From: Octopus sinensis
Lineage: Eukaryota
Direction: 5' to 3'
Length of the DNA stretch: 64,000 bases
Assembly: GCF_006345805.1 (NCBI RefSeq)
Contig: NC_043010.1
Span: 56,792,001 to 56,856,000 of the forward strand
Within the stretch, counting starts at the first letter, position 1. Each line of letters opens with the position of its first letter. Of this stretch, positions 25,762 to 38,277 are shown piece after piece. The position numbers and the translations under genes are program-made. The notes beneath the pieces were generated by a model that did not search any database, was not told the DNA's origin, and saw only the letters and a list, made by a program, of their open reading frames with translations.

Positions 25762-27458
25762 TAATCCTAAATTGTTTTCATTTTTAAAATAGGATAAAGA
25801 ATATTTCTTTTGTTTAATTTTTAAAGCAATAAAGTCGAGCAGCAGTTAAATTTATCAAAGGACAAAGATAAATATATTTACTAATATTTCAGCATGGCTT
25901 TCCTAGTTCCAAGTTCAGTTCCATTGCATGACATCTTGGGCCAGTGTTTTCTACTATAGCCCTGGGCCAACCGATGCCTTGTGAGTAGATTTGTGTGCTA
26001 GAAATAGTTATACTGCATCTCTTCTTAAAGTGTCCTAAAGCTGAAAACAAAGCTTGACCCTTTCTAGTGGCCCCTGCCATGTTGTTAAAACTTTAAAGAT
26101 CAGCCAACAAGTTGTTTATAATCTACAACAGCCAATTACATCATCCAGTGAACATTTATTTCATTATCTGGATGTCTTTAACAACTTATTGGTTATATTG
26201 TTTTACTCTAGTCACACATCATGTAATATTTTTTCTTGTTATTTATAGACTTATTAAGGGTTCTAAATGAATACAATGGTTAGAGTGGCAGACAAAATGC
26301 CTTTGTTGCATCCCATTGAAATCACTTTAGACTCTGACTTCAAATCTTGCTGCAGTTGACTTTTCATTGTTCCAAGGGAGATAAAGTATGGACTGGCGTT
26401 GATATCATTGACTTCTCTCTTCCCTGCTTGTGGCCTTGTGCTAGATTAGAACTCATTATTTGTAGACTTACACTTGTGATGGCAATGTGTTGTTGTTATT
26501 TAAAAGAAATTCAGATACATCATTCTATATTCTTATATCTGCTTTATAAATTCACTGCTATCAAACAGTAAGGTGAAAAAGATTTTCATTTGTAATTGGT
26601 GTTCAATTATCATTTGTGTCCCTGGGCTTTGAGCAAAATCAGGACTTGTGGTGTTCTTGGTTCTGTTTACCTCAAATATTGTTGTAAATAGTAAAATAAT
26701 GTCTTCATATTAACTGTTGTTCATCAACCATTTCACAACGTTAGCTTAATCACACCTGTCACTCTTTGCTATATTTGTTGAATATTCTGACGAGTTAATG
26801 ACTCCAAGTTACCAAATGTTTATAATCCAAGAGTGAGGGACTGAATTCATTATTGTCTCCCAGGTGTTTTGAATCTCCTTCTACTCAACTACATACTTAA
26901 ATAGAAGTAGGTTTTCTTGTTGGGTCAGTAAACCATGTCCTCTACTTATAAAAAGATTAGGTGTGAATTTATTTTACTTCCTAATAGTTAGGTTTAAAAT
27001 TAATTTAATATCTAAGGAAAGGTAACTCAGCCACATAATCTGCTGAGGTTTCAAACATGGGTTCTGACGATGATGATGATGGTGGCAGTGGTGAAGAAGA
27101 GGAGGAGGAGGATAGAGTATATAAATGTTTACACATTTGTCTGAATGAAGTAAATATCTGATTAGATGGGTTATATGAATAAATTACAATAAAATCTAAA
27201 ATTTTCACTCATATATAATCTCAATTTGGTTACTTGCAAAGGGACAAAACTTGATTCAGCTCAGGACAAAAATACAACTGCATTCTGAAGTTGATCTTTC
27301 CGACAGAGATCTCCTTGTTTCAATTTCAGTTCTGACTGATAATTATTGTAGTTTATTCCTGAACAAAGCTGAAAATGTAATTACCTGTTTAACAAGATAC
27401 ATTTCTAGAGTACTCTGATGGGTTATCAAAAGCGTCGTTTAATATGCTTTATTTTGAA

Positions 27459-27671
27459 GGTGGCGAGCTGGCAAAAACATTAGCATGGTGGGCAAAATGC
27501 TTAGTGGTATTTCGTCTGTCTTCACATTCTGAGTTCAAATTCTTCCGAGGTCAGCGTCGCCTTTAATCCTTTCAGAGTCAATAAATTAAGTACCAGTTGC
27601 ATACTGGGGTTGCTGTAATCGACTGGCCCCCCTCCCCAAGAATTTCAGGCCTTGTGCCTTGAGTAGAAAAA
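27459..27671 (+). mobile_element. tRNA-derived SINE with Meta-type domain and 16-bp target site duplication
   Basis: B-box gagttcaaattc; gcctttaatcctttcagagtcaataaattaagtacc resembles the MetaSINE domain; TSD aatatgct(t/c)tattttg at 27441-27456 and 27672-27687. Confidence 0.82.
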
Positions 27672-27810
27672 AATATGCTCTATTTTGGATAAGATAACTT
27701 TGAGAGGATATTGTTAAAACAAAGTTTATACTGAACATTGTAGTAAAGAGTTATTTTATACAAGTTTAATGGTACAGGAAATTAGGTAAAAATTATATAT
27801 ATAATGTAAA

Positions 27811-28150
27811 GAGGTATATGTTGTATAGAGAGCTTGGCATATGTATTGAGTATATATAGCTTGAGTTATATATTGTACATATAGCTTGAAATATGTATAA
27901 AATATGTAGCTTGAGATATATATTGTATATATTACTTGAGGTATATATAGTATATATAGCTTGAGGTATCTATTAAATATATAGCTTGGAGTGTATGTAA
28001 CTTTTAGAGTTTGCATACATACATACATATATACAGTCTAAGGTATATATTGTATATATATAGAGTGTGGTATATATGATGTGTATAACTTGAGGTGTTT
28101 ATGTATATGTAGCCTGTGGTATATATTGTATATATAGCTTGTGGTATATC
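27811..28150. repeat. Degenerate ~25-bp minisatellite (GCTTGAGGTATATATTGTATATATA)
   Basis: Roughly ten diverged units read directly. Confidence 0.8.
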
Positions 28151-28170
28151 TGGTGTGTGTGTGTGTATGA

Positions 28171-28206
<36 letters not shown>

Positions 28207-28699
28207 AATAATCTTTAAAACTTATAATTTATACAGAAATTCATTTAGATTTTCTTTTCTAACATTAAACATGGTCTACTTTTGTACATACTTAATGTCA
28301 GTGACTGGTTTTTACACATTATATAAATCAATGACTTTTCACTTACACATCATGTACATAATATTGACAAATGTGTACCCCAAACAGTAAAGTAATTATT
28401 GAGGGTCAGAAAATAGTTAAACTCTGCGGAATTGCTGGTGCACATTTGAGTATTGCTTACATCAAAGAGATACTGTGCCTGCTACACACAAATCTCCTGA
28501 AGTACCCCCTTTATACACCCACACCTAGTAGAGGCACCTTGCTCTGCCTGGCTGCTGCAATTTGGTTCTTCATTAGGCAAGGATAAAAGAGAATCATCCA
28601 AATTGTGAACCTAGCCTTGAATGTTAAAAGTTGGATTCCATCTTTGTTGCATAAGATCAGCTGTACCAAATAGAAAGGTTGGAAAGCAGCTGTTTTATA

Positions 28700-30010
28700 T
28701 ATCATCATCACATTCGTTTAATGTCCACTTTCTATACTGGTATATGTTGGGTGGTTTGACATGGAGCTGTCCAGACTCCAGCTGCCTGTTGAGGCATGGT
28801 TTCTATGGCTGGATGCCTTTCCTAATGCCAATCACTTAACAGAGTGCACTAGGTGCTTCTGACCTGCCACTGGTACGGGTGCATCGACACAGCACCAGCA
28901 TGGGTGTGTTAACTCAGCACCAGCCCCAGTGCCTTTGAAGTGCCACCAGCAGCTGGAAAGACCAACCTGTAAGTGTGGAAGACAGCAATTTTACTTAGCT
29001 TGATGCATCTTATCAAGTACAGCAAATCACCACATCTCCTGGTCCCTTGTCACTTCCTCAGTGAGGCCCAGCAAGCGAAGATCCTTTCTCACCACTTTAT
29101 CCCATGTCTTCCTGGGTCTACCCCTTCCACAAGTTCCCTCCACAATTAGAGCTCAGCACATGCAGCTCTCCTCATCCATATGCATGACATGACCAAACCA
29201 ACAGAGTCTTCTCTCTTGCTTCGTATACCGGTTTCCTTCTTTAATCATTTCCACTCTGTCATATGTGCACCCTGACATTACCCATCCAGCAGAGCATGCT
29301 AGTTTCAGTTCTTTCAAGCCTTCACAAGTCCTCTGTTGACAATGCCCATGTTTCACTGCCATTTAACATAACTGTATGTACACCAGCCTCATACAATCTG
29401 TCATTCACTCTGAGGACAAGGCCCTAGTTACCAACAAAAGTAGGAGCTCTCTGAACTTCGTGCAGCCCGTTTCTATCCTCGCAACTACACTTTCAGAACT
29501 CCCTCCTCCACTACTAACTTGGTCTCCTTGGCAACAGAAGCTATCTACTACTGCTAATGATCCACCTGAGCATTTGAGGGAGTCTATTATCTGTGTATTT
29601 TTAGTGCTTTTTTTACCTGCATATTTGTCACACACAAAGACTATATTCTTTATTAACCTTCCTTTAATACCTCTGCTCCTCTTATATGTCCAAAGTTTGC
29701 ACTAGGTACAACGTATGGAGTTTCTACCAACACCATCTCCAAGAAGGGACTTGTGATTTTTCTGTTGTCCTACTTACTAGGACTTTAGTTTTTGCTAAAT
29801 TAACCTTAAGAACCTTAGATTTCAGACCTTGCTTCCATACCTGAAATTTCTTCTCTAGGTTAGGTAGTAGTTCAGCTTTAGGAACAAGGTCATCAGCGTA
29901 CAAGAGCTCCCAGGGACAGCCAGTCTTGAATTTCTGTTAAGGCCTGGAGGATTAAGATAAACAAGAGGGAGCTGAGAACTGAAACTTGGTGGACTCCTAC
30001 CTGTACACTG
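28700..30010 (-). mobile_element. 5'-truncated degraded RTE LINE
   Basis: GVHQ.SVLS.LLF, ELLYADDL (~29888-29910), ERRLCWFGHVMHMDE and the shared tail at 28700. Confidence 0.88.
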
Positions 30011-30050
30011 TATACATACATATACACATATACACACTATATACACATGC

Positions 30051-30087
<37 letters not shown>

Positions 30088-30089
<2 letters not shown>

Positions 30090-32100
30090 AGACGGCATAT
30101 CGAACTCTATAACAGAATTCAGTTATGACCCAGAGGAGGGTATAATGTTTGCAACATACTTTAGAAGGTACGAAGAAATCTTCAGAGAAGATTGTAGATC
30201 GCAGACAGACAACAAGAAAGTAAGGCTATCATTATGTAAATTAGTGCTGGCCAAACATGAAAAATAACGTAATTTCATACTACCCCCAAAAATTTGATTC
30301 CAGGAAACAGTTGAACTACTATCAAAACTATTCAGTGATAAGAGTTCTCTATTTAACACTTGATGGGAGTGTTGGAATCTTGCTAAGAGGATGAAGACTT
30401 TGTCATGCATTCTGGGACTGTAAACTGAATGTGTAAAAGGTTTAAATTGAAGGAACTAACTCCTGATATGTTTAAGTGCCTCATTTTTGTACAAAGGCTT
30501 ACAGCAAGCAAAGATGTGGAGATATGTGCCAGAATTCTCACGAAACTTGAACAGGCTGATGAAAGTTTAACTCTGCAAACAGTTGCAGAGGAGTGTCAAA
30601 GAATGGTAAAATTACGTCAGGATGTAAAGAAAATTGAAACTTGCTGACCCAGAAGGTATAAACAAAAAAAAAAAGAAAAAATGTCAAGATCTAACCTATG
30701 CTACAGATGTGGAGCCCTGCATTTCAAGAAGGATTGTCCTTTCAAAGTACAAAAATGTTACAGTTGTCAAAACAATAGGACACACTGCAGAGTATAGTTA
30801 GGAAGGTTGAACATAAAAAATTCTAAAGTTTACTCAACAGAAAGTAGAAATGGCACCATAAAGAGGAAATATGTACATGTAAAGGTAAACGAAGTGAATA
30901 TTAAATTACAACTAGATACTAGTAGTGACAATTCACTTATTAATACCAACAGAAAAATAATTGGGAAACCTAAGTTAAGAAAAACATTGCAAATTGCTTG
31001 AGGCATGACAGGTGAAAAACTACACTTTGTAGGCGAAATGTGGAGTGATATTACATTTCGTAGTAAAACCTGTAGAGCAAACATTTTTGTGGTAAAAAAT
31101 GCAATCAATCTGTTCGGTACAGACTGGATGTAGTTTGACGTATGGGACCTCCCCATAAGTCTGTACTGTAACAAAATAAATGTCTGTTCCACCAGTAAAA
31201 ATGACTCATCAGCTGAATTGAAGAAAAATTAAAATGTCATTCAGGAGCTACAAGTGACAGTACAAGATATAAAAAGTAAATCAGCAGAGGAAAAAGATCA
31301 TAAAATTGAAAGAAACCTTGAAAAATAAACAAAAGAGAAACACAAATGTGAACTATTTTTCACTCTGTGACAATGTATTAATGGACGCACAAAGAGTGGT
31401 AGTACCAACTGCACTACAGAAACAAATATTACATGAATTTCCTAGTGGACACGCAGAGATGTCAAGAATGAAAGCATTGATGAGGAGTTATGTGTTTTGG
31501 CTGGCAATGAACCATTGAAAATTTGGTGAAATCATGTAGAGATTGTGCGCTAGCAGCTAAGGCACCACCAGTGAAATACCAGTTGTGGTTTGAGACTGAT
31601 AGTCTGTGGTCCAGGGTAAATATAGACTATGCTGGACCAGTGAATGGCGTGTACTACTTGACCATTGTTGATAACTTTACCAAACGGCCAGAAGTATGTA
31701 GGTATAGTCAACCTACCTCAAAGGCAACAGTAAAGTCCCTGCATGAACGTTTTGCTCGATATGGTGTTCCAGATGTTGGACAATGGAACACAATTTACAG
31801 GAGACGCATTAGAGAAACTCTGTAAAATGCATGCAATCAAGCACATGTTTACCCCACTCTACCAGCGGAGGTTGAATGGGCAAGCAGAATGATTTGTAGA
31901 TACTTTCAAACAAGCACTAAAAAAAGCAAGGAAGGTGTTCGGAAATAACAAAGTGCTAACTAAATTCTTAAGGGTGTACAGAATAACACCCAATCCGAAT
32001 ACCAGTTCAGGCAAGTCACTTGCAGAGCTAATTAATGTTCGCACGAAAGATTAAATCGATGTTTGATAAATTGTTGCCAAACGAAAAAACTGAATGACTA
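30088..32100 (+). mobile_element. Ty3/Gypsy (K02A2.6-like) LTR retrotransposon internal relic lacking RT/RNase H
   Basis: Gag EFSYDPEEG..FATYFRRYEEIF; Zn knuckle CYRCGALHFKKDCPF; protease LQLDTSSD; integrase VVVPTALQKQIL...MKALMRSYVFW, WSRVNIDYAGP...IVDNF, FARYGVPD, NGQAE.FVDTFK. Confidence 0.9.
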
Positions 32101-32116
32101 TAAACAGTAGCACTCT

Positions 32117-32162
<46 letters not shown>

Positions 32163-32582
32163 GAGAGAGAGTAGTTGTTAAATGAAGAAAGTGGTCAGGT
32201 CTCATTTTGGTAGTTTATTGGAATATTGTTGGTTGGTTTGTGTAGAGCTTGTTGGATTGTTATGTTGCTGTTACCCTGCTTCCTTATATGCTTATTGTGA
32301 TTACACGGTTATAGTCTAAACAAGTATCATCATAAATAGTGACGATACTACAATAATTGGTGATGAGTAACTATGTTACAACACACACTCTCTCTTTCTC
32401 TTGTACTAATTAGACATATATAACCATATCATGAGTGGCAGTATATCCACAAAACACTGGATCTGTTTTGGCTCAAGCAAAAAGCCTTGTCACTTTGTTA
32501 GTGACCAATCTGAATTTTACAAAGATGTATGTACATAGGTACATACACACATATATTTATGTGTGTGTATTTTTATCACCAA

Positions 32583-32928
32583 GATACAGGCATAGTTGTG
32601 TGATGAGAAGTTTGCTTCCCAACTAGTGTGGTACTTTGGCCAGGTGTCTTCTACTGTAGCCTCAGGCCAACCAAAGCTTCATCAGTGCATTTGGTAGACA
32701 AAAAAACTGAAAGAATCCTGTCTTGTGTCTGTGTTTGTCCTCCACCACTGCTTAACAGTTGATGTCGGTTTGTTTACATCCCCATAATTTAGCAGTTTGG
32801 CAAAAAGAGACTGATTGAATAAGTTCCAGTCTTAAAAAAAACAAAAAAAAAACTAGGGGCGATTCATTTAACAAAAAAATTCTTCAAGGCAATGCCCCAG
32901 TCATTAGAAACACAACATGAAAAATAAA
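32583..32928 (+). mobile_element. Degraded CORE-type tRNA SINE
   Basis: gtgtcttctactgtagcctcaggccaaccaaagc...actgaaagaa and ttagcagtttggcaaaaagagac, as in 43233-43636. Confidence 0.75.
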
Positions 32929-33231
32929 TTATCCACTTGACTATGTAAAATTGTGAGGTGTAGAATCATTGAATGTGTTGGCCATCTTATTGAGTCACAG
33001 TGATAATTCTCTCTGCTAAGAATGTGGTCTGGGCTAATAAATTATTAGACCCTCTCTCTCTTCACATCCTAGTGGCAATGCAAACTATATTTTCTTGCTA
33101 TATTACTTCTTAACCTTCAACTGAGTGCTATTGTTTATGTTTTATAACAGATTAATATCACAGTCAAACTGTTGCATTTATTATTTATTGCTTGTTGTTC
33201 ATTTGATTTCACTAACGTGTGTGTGTACTTT

Positions 33232-33413
33232 ATTTGTGAATTGACAAAGCCACCAACAGTTTCATGTGAAAAAATCTTCACAATTGTTCAAATGTGGCAC
33301 ATTGAAGTGTTGGTGATTATCTCCAAGAGTACCAACACTTCCATATGACATACTTGAACAATTGTAAGGATCTCTTCACATGAAACCATTGGTAGCTTTG
33401 TTAGCTCACAAAT
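33232..33413. repeat. Fold-back inverted repeat, 83-bp ungapped arms and 16-nt loop
   Basis: 33232-33314 versus the reverse complement of 33331-33413: 68/83 identical by hand alignment; 13 of 15 differences are transitions. Confidence 0.92.
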
Positions 33414-33467
33414 GCAGAATATTTATTGTGTTGAGCACTTGTTCTCTCTAACTAATATAATTTTCCT

Positions 33468-33900
33468 AACCTGGTTCATTTCCCTGCTCCCACCCATGCT
33501 GCTGCATTTGCCCCTACCTCTCCTAAACCACTATCCTCACAGGCACCCATCATCATCCCTATCATATCACTGACTCCTTTACCTGCACTTCTAGCAATGT
33601 CATTTACTGCATCTCCTGCTCTTTCTGCCCTTCTCTGTACATCAGTCAGACAGGACGCTGCTTAGATGACTGGTTCACAGAGCACCTCCGAGACATCAGA
33701 CTGGGCATTGATATTCTGGTTTTGCACAATTTCCGCTCTACCGGTCATGTGTTTGTGATTGGATTGTCTTTGCACAGGAGCCACCAGACTTCCGCCTTCA
33801 CTGTGAAACAGAATTAGTCTTCTCTCTTTGCTCCTTTGTGTCACATGAGCTCAACTCCCCTCCTCCCCTCTCTTCATCTGACACCTACTTCTTCTCTTCA
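33468..33900 (+). mobile_element. Penelope-like element GIY-YIG endonuclease fragment (Neptune-type Cys linker)
   Basis: Hand translation PGSFPCSHPCCCICPYLS...TDSFTCTSSNVIYCISCSFCPSLYISQTGRCLDDWFTEHLRDIR...STGH; absent from the supplied ORF track. Confidence 0.88.
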
Positions 33901-34148
33901 TTCCAACCCACTTCTCCTCTCCTCTCTTCATCCAACATGTCAAAGTCACTAGCCCCTATCCACACACACATACACTTGCACATTCTCACATACACACATG
34001 TATGCGCACCTTTGTTTTGGGATCACTAATACTTTATTATCTCCCCTTCTTTCTACCTCTCCACTCAAACCTTTTTTTCCCAACCAGTTGCCAATCTTAT
34101 ATATATATATATATATTGATATGTAATATGTATATATATAGATATGTA

Positions 34149-34188
<40 letters not shown>

Positions 34189-34244
34189 ATATATATATAT
34201 ATATTTGTTTCAGCCAAGTGGCTGTGGTCCTGCTAGAGCACCAC

Positions 34245-35112
34245 CATGACTTTCCCTCCTTATGCTGTGCTCTTTCCATGTGAATAGCTGTTGCCAGATA
34301 TAAGGTCTTCCAGCAGCCACCCTCTTCACCCAGGGCAGCAGTACCTCCTCCAGGCACTTTATGTAGGCCTCTGTATTGAGTTGAGGCCACATGGGAAGAT
34401 GAATGGAGGCATAATGTTGCCATCACTCGTGATCACTCCAAACACCATGATGTTATCTGGATGTTTGATTTTTATAACTTTTAGTAAATGGGGACATGGG
34501 AAGCCAGTGGTTGTTCTGTGTTCACCATCTGATCCTGGCAGAAATTTTTCTCCTCTGAGAAAAACCAAAGCATGTTTGGCTGGAGGGATTGCTTGAGTTT
34601 GTTCAAAAGCAGTCTTTCCTCTTATCCTTGATGGCTTGGGATAAAAATTTGCCCTTTCTCATCTTGTATGAGGAATACCTAATATATTAATGCCTGATAA
34701 GAAACTCAGACACTCCCATGTCCCTGGCGATGGACCTGATTGACTTGGAGGGATCATTGTCAATCATGGCCTGGATCTCACCAACAAATTCAGGAGTTCT
34801 TTTATTATCAGAATGACAGAGGGAGTTTTTCAATTTGCCTTACCTTTGTAATCACCATTAAATTCATCCAACTCTTTCCGACACCCAAACACTCCAAAAT
34901 GTTCATATTGGAGCTTCTGGCACAAATGCCAAGCATTACAGTATATCATTTCCGAATTTCTGGCAGTGTGAATTGCTTCATGGTGCTGTTTTTCTCACAA
35001 ATGGTGCCCAACTGACCCTACTATACTGTGTAGTCGACAAAATCCAAAACAAACAATGTGCATGAACGATATTGTAAATATAAAATGGCGACAATTTATT
35101 CATTGCACCCTG
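34245..35112 (-). mobile_element. Tc1/mariner-superfamily (maT/DD37D-like) transposon, 5' portion
   Basis: KHPDNIMVFGVITSDGNIMPPFIF and NTEAYIKCLEEVLLPWVK...RPYIWQQ; terminus TA|CAGGGTGCAATG on the minus strand at 35112; truncated at a SINE tail (~34205-34245). Confidence 0.82.
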
Positions 35113-36690
35113 TATATATGTATAGTATACTGTATGTTTTATTTTTTGCTATCTTATATCTAGTTTCCTGTTTCTAGTTTTAACCTTTTATTTCTTTTCT
35201 TGATAATATCTGTAAACAACAGACAATTATTCTACATTCATCAAGCTTTCTGTGCAAGGTAGAAGCAGTGCACTTGTAACATACCCGGACATTCTAAGTC
35301 CCAGCCACCTCACTTCACAATAGCACTTCCCTTCCCACCAATACATTGTCCCTATTCATACTTGTTGCACTTAGTATACCAATGTTTGTGAAACATTTGT
35401 CAGGATATTTTGTTCCTGAGAAGGACAACATTCACAATTGGAAGCTGTTGAAAACAGCCAGCACATCATTTATGTGACTGTTTTCTGCCACTTTAGAACC
35501 AAAGAACTATTCTTGCTCTCAAGATCTAGTATTATAAACATACCTGATATCCCCAGTCTGTTGTATTACTTATAGCAAAGGAATCCCACCTACACCATTA
35601 TATCTTCTCAGTTTGTATACAACTTCTGATGACAGGACATTACAAGCACTTGGCCAAGATGACATTGCAAATCCATCACTTTTGAACTTTGGAATAGTTC
35701 TTGGCTTTCTGCAACCTAAAACAGTGCTTTATGTTAGAGTGGTGCACCTGTAACATACACAGACATTGTAAACCACACATAACTTGTACCAACATCATTA
35801 GCTCTCCTGCTCCTCCACTACCACCACCACCTCCTGCTTCTCCTGCTGCTGCTGCTTCACAACCTCCTCCTCAGTAATGATTTAGTCTGGAAGAAGCACA
35901 ACTCATGACCTTTCCAGGCTTTCAAAGATGGTTGCAGCTGATGCATTTGATCTCTTCCTCTCAGACACACTTGAGGGATCTTATTCATTCCTTCATCTTT
36001 GCCCTGCTCCTCCACCTCTCTCTTTATAAATATTCAGGAAACCTTCTTTCTTTGCCGATGTTTCTCTACAAATATTTATCTTCAGAACTCCAGCTGAATA
36101 TCAAATAAACTGACTTCACCAGTGTTGTAACCAATGACAACGGCTGTGGACATTACTTCTCTGAAACTAAATAATGCAACTTAAACACATCTACTATTTG
36201 TATTATTGTTAATCCCCCCCCCCTATTCCATTACAATTTGGTGTTGTGTTAGATAAAAAAAAAGTCATTTTATTAACTGTTTCCTCGGTAACAGTTTGTT
36301 ATCTTAGTTACTGCAATTGGTTTGTCTCTAGTTTGCAGAATGGACTTCAGTTGTTAAATGGAACTCAACACCATTCAATAATAGGAGCAGCTTTAAATCT
36401 AATAATTATCTCATTATTCCTACTGACTAGACACAAAATTGTTCTTTAGTGTTTAATTAATGGAGCTTGAATTAAAAAATGATATCATTATCTATCTTTT
36501 ATAGATATGTCAAAAATGAGGAACCATATTTATTTTCTATCAATAATCATTTGATTTCAGATAATGTATTAATATTGATTAAAATCAATAAGTTTTGAAT
36601 TATGTAAAAATGACCCTGATTACTCTCCATTCGTCTCTCATTTTATTATATTTACTTTTTGATGTCATTATTTGCTGTTATACAAGTGAA

Positions 36691-36692
<2 letters not shown>

Positions 36693-36746
<54 letters not shown>
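36693..36746. repeat. (AAT)n microsatellite
   Basis: Read directly. Confidence 0.95.
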
Positions 36747-36748
<2 letters not shown>

Positions 36749-37368
36749 GTTTTACTTTTCTAAGTCAAGAAAATAGTGTTATTGTTAAGATGTGACTATC
36801 CCACTGGTTCTGAGGTATCAAACCCTAGCAGTTACTAACCCTTTAGGTACATTAATTAATGTTTGAGTTTGTCACCCAAATTTTTGCATTTTTGAAAGTA
36901 AAAGTCAAAATGAATAACTGTTTTATAATTGGATATTTATCAGAGTTGCTTACTGATGACTTCAATCTCAGGGTATATTTTTGGTAAATTGATGCCTGCC
37001 ATACTTCAATGGCTAATAAATTATTAAGGTTCGCATTAAATAGCAGGGCGATAGGTTTTACATATCCTGAGAACATTTAGAATGCTGATAGTTAGTTTTT
37101 GTCAAGAAGCGAGATTCCCAACAGAAGAATTCTGCTGCTGTTTCAGTATCACTAGATCTTGTAAGTTAGTAGGAATTTAGTTGATGCCTGAACTCTTCTG
37201 TAATTTTGGTGGTTGAAGAACTGAAGATTGGCTTTGCCTGTCTAAGGGGAAAATTCTATTAAACAGCAGAGAAAGTTGTTTATGTTTCAATTATGTTAAA
37301 TTTACTTTGATTTGAAATAATGGAAGACCTAAATGATAATAATAATAATAATATTTATAATAATAATA

Positions 37369-37583
37369 ATCCTTTCTACTATAGGCACAAGTCCTGAAAT
37401 TTGGGGGAAGGGGATAGTCGATTACATCGACTCCAGTACACAACTGGTACTTAATTTATTGACTTTGAAAGGATGAAAGGTGAAGATGATCTCGGCAGAA
37501 TTTGAACTCAGAATGTAGTGGCAGATGAAATGTCACTAAGCATTTTGCCCAGCATGCTAACGATTCTGCCAGCTTGCCACCTT

Positions 37584-37584
<1 letters not shown>
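37369..37584 (-). mobile_element. Meta-type tRNA SINE inserted in (AAT)n
   Basis: Reverse complement matches 27459-27671; (AAT)n on both sides. Confidence 0.82.
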
Positions 37585-37617
<33 letters not shown>

Positions 37618-38277
37618 TAATAATAATGATAATATGCCACAGTGCATGTAAGGTGGAACTGCAGGTATCAAAATAAGGAAGTCGAGTAGAATACATAAGA
37701 AATCCTATTTTGAGAGTAAAGGTTCCAATAAAAGAAAAGATGAAAATAAGTGAGATCCCTAAACAAAATTGGTAAAATTCCTTTGAGAAAAAAAGAAGTT
37801 CAAAATGAAGCAAAAGTCCATTACATAGAAACTTTTGAATTGAATGTAGACATGATGTTATAGATATCTTAATTAAACAAATGTGGAAACTAATTATTTG
37901 TGAAAGTAAAATGTTTGGAGAAATAATTAGTCATTAAGAAAAGACTAGAAACAGAGAATGTCAAAACATTTTGGAGTAAAACTTTATATATAAAGAAAAA
38001 AATAACTGATAGAATAAAAAATGGACATAATTGGGTTGATAGCATAGTTGAAAATATAATAGGGGCCATGAGAGGATGAGGTGCATGGAAATTATCTGGA
38101 GCAAACAAAATCCCATTTGTCAGGATAAGAAACTGACATGATTTACACCAAATAATGGGCAAATGATTTAATAAAATAAGAGTTAAAACTGTCCTCTTGT
38201 GAAAAAACAAACAAAATGTAGACCAGTCGTCATATACTTGTACAAGATCCAAACATCAACACTAAGTAAGAAGATAT

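Noticed and set aside
27811-28150. Minisatellite unit (GAGGTATATGTTGTATAG / TGAGGTATATATTGTATA) resembles mature let-7
   Set aside because: The seed differs (GAGGTAT versus GAGGTAG), there is no star arm or hairpin, and the context is a low-complexity tandem repeat; coincidence is most likely.
35411-35466. Possible hammerhead CTGAGAA-GGACAAC...TGTTG-AAAAC
   Set aside because: Both core boxes and stems II and III need several corrections; too degenerate to call.
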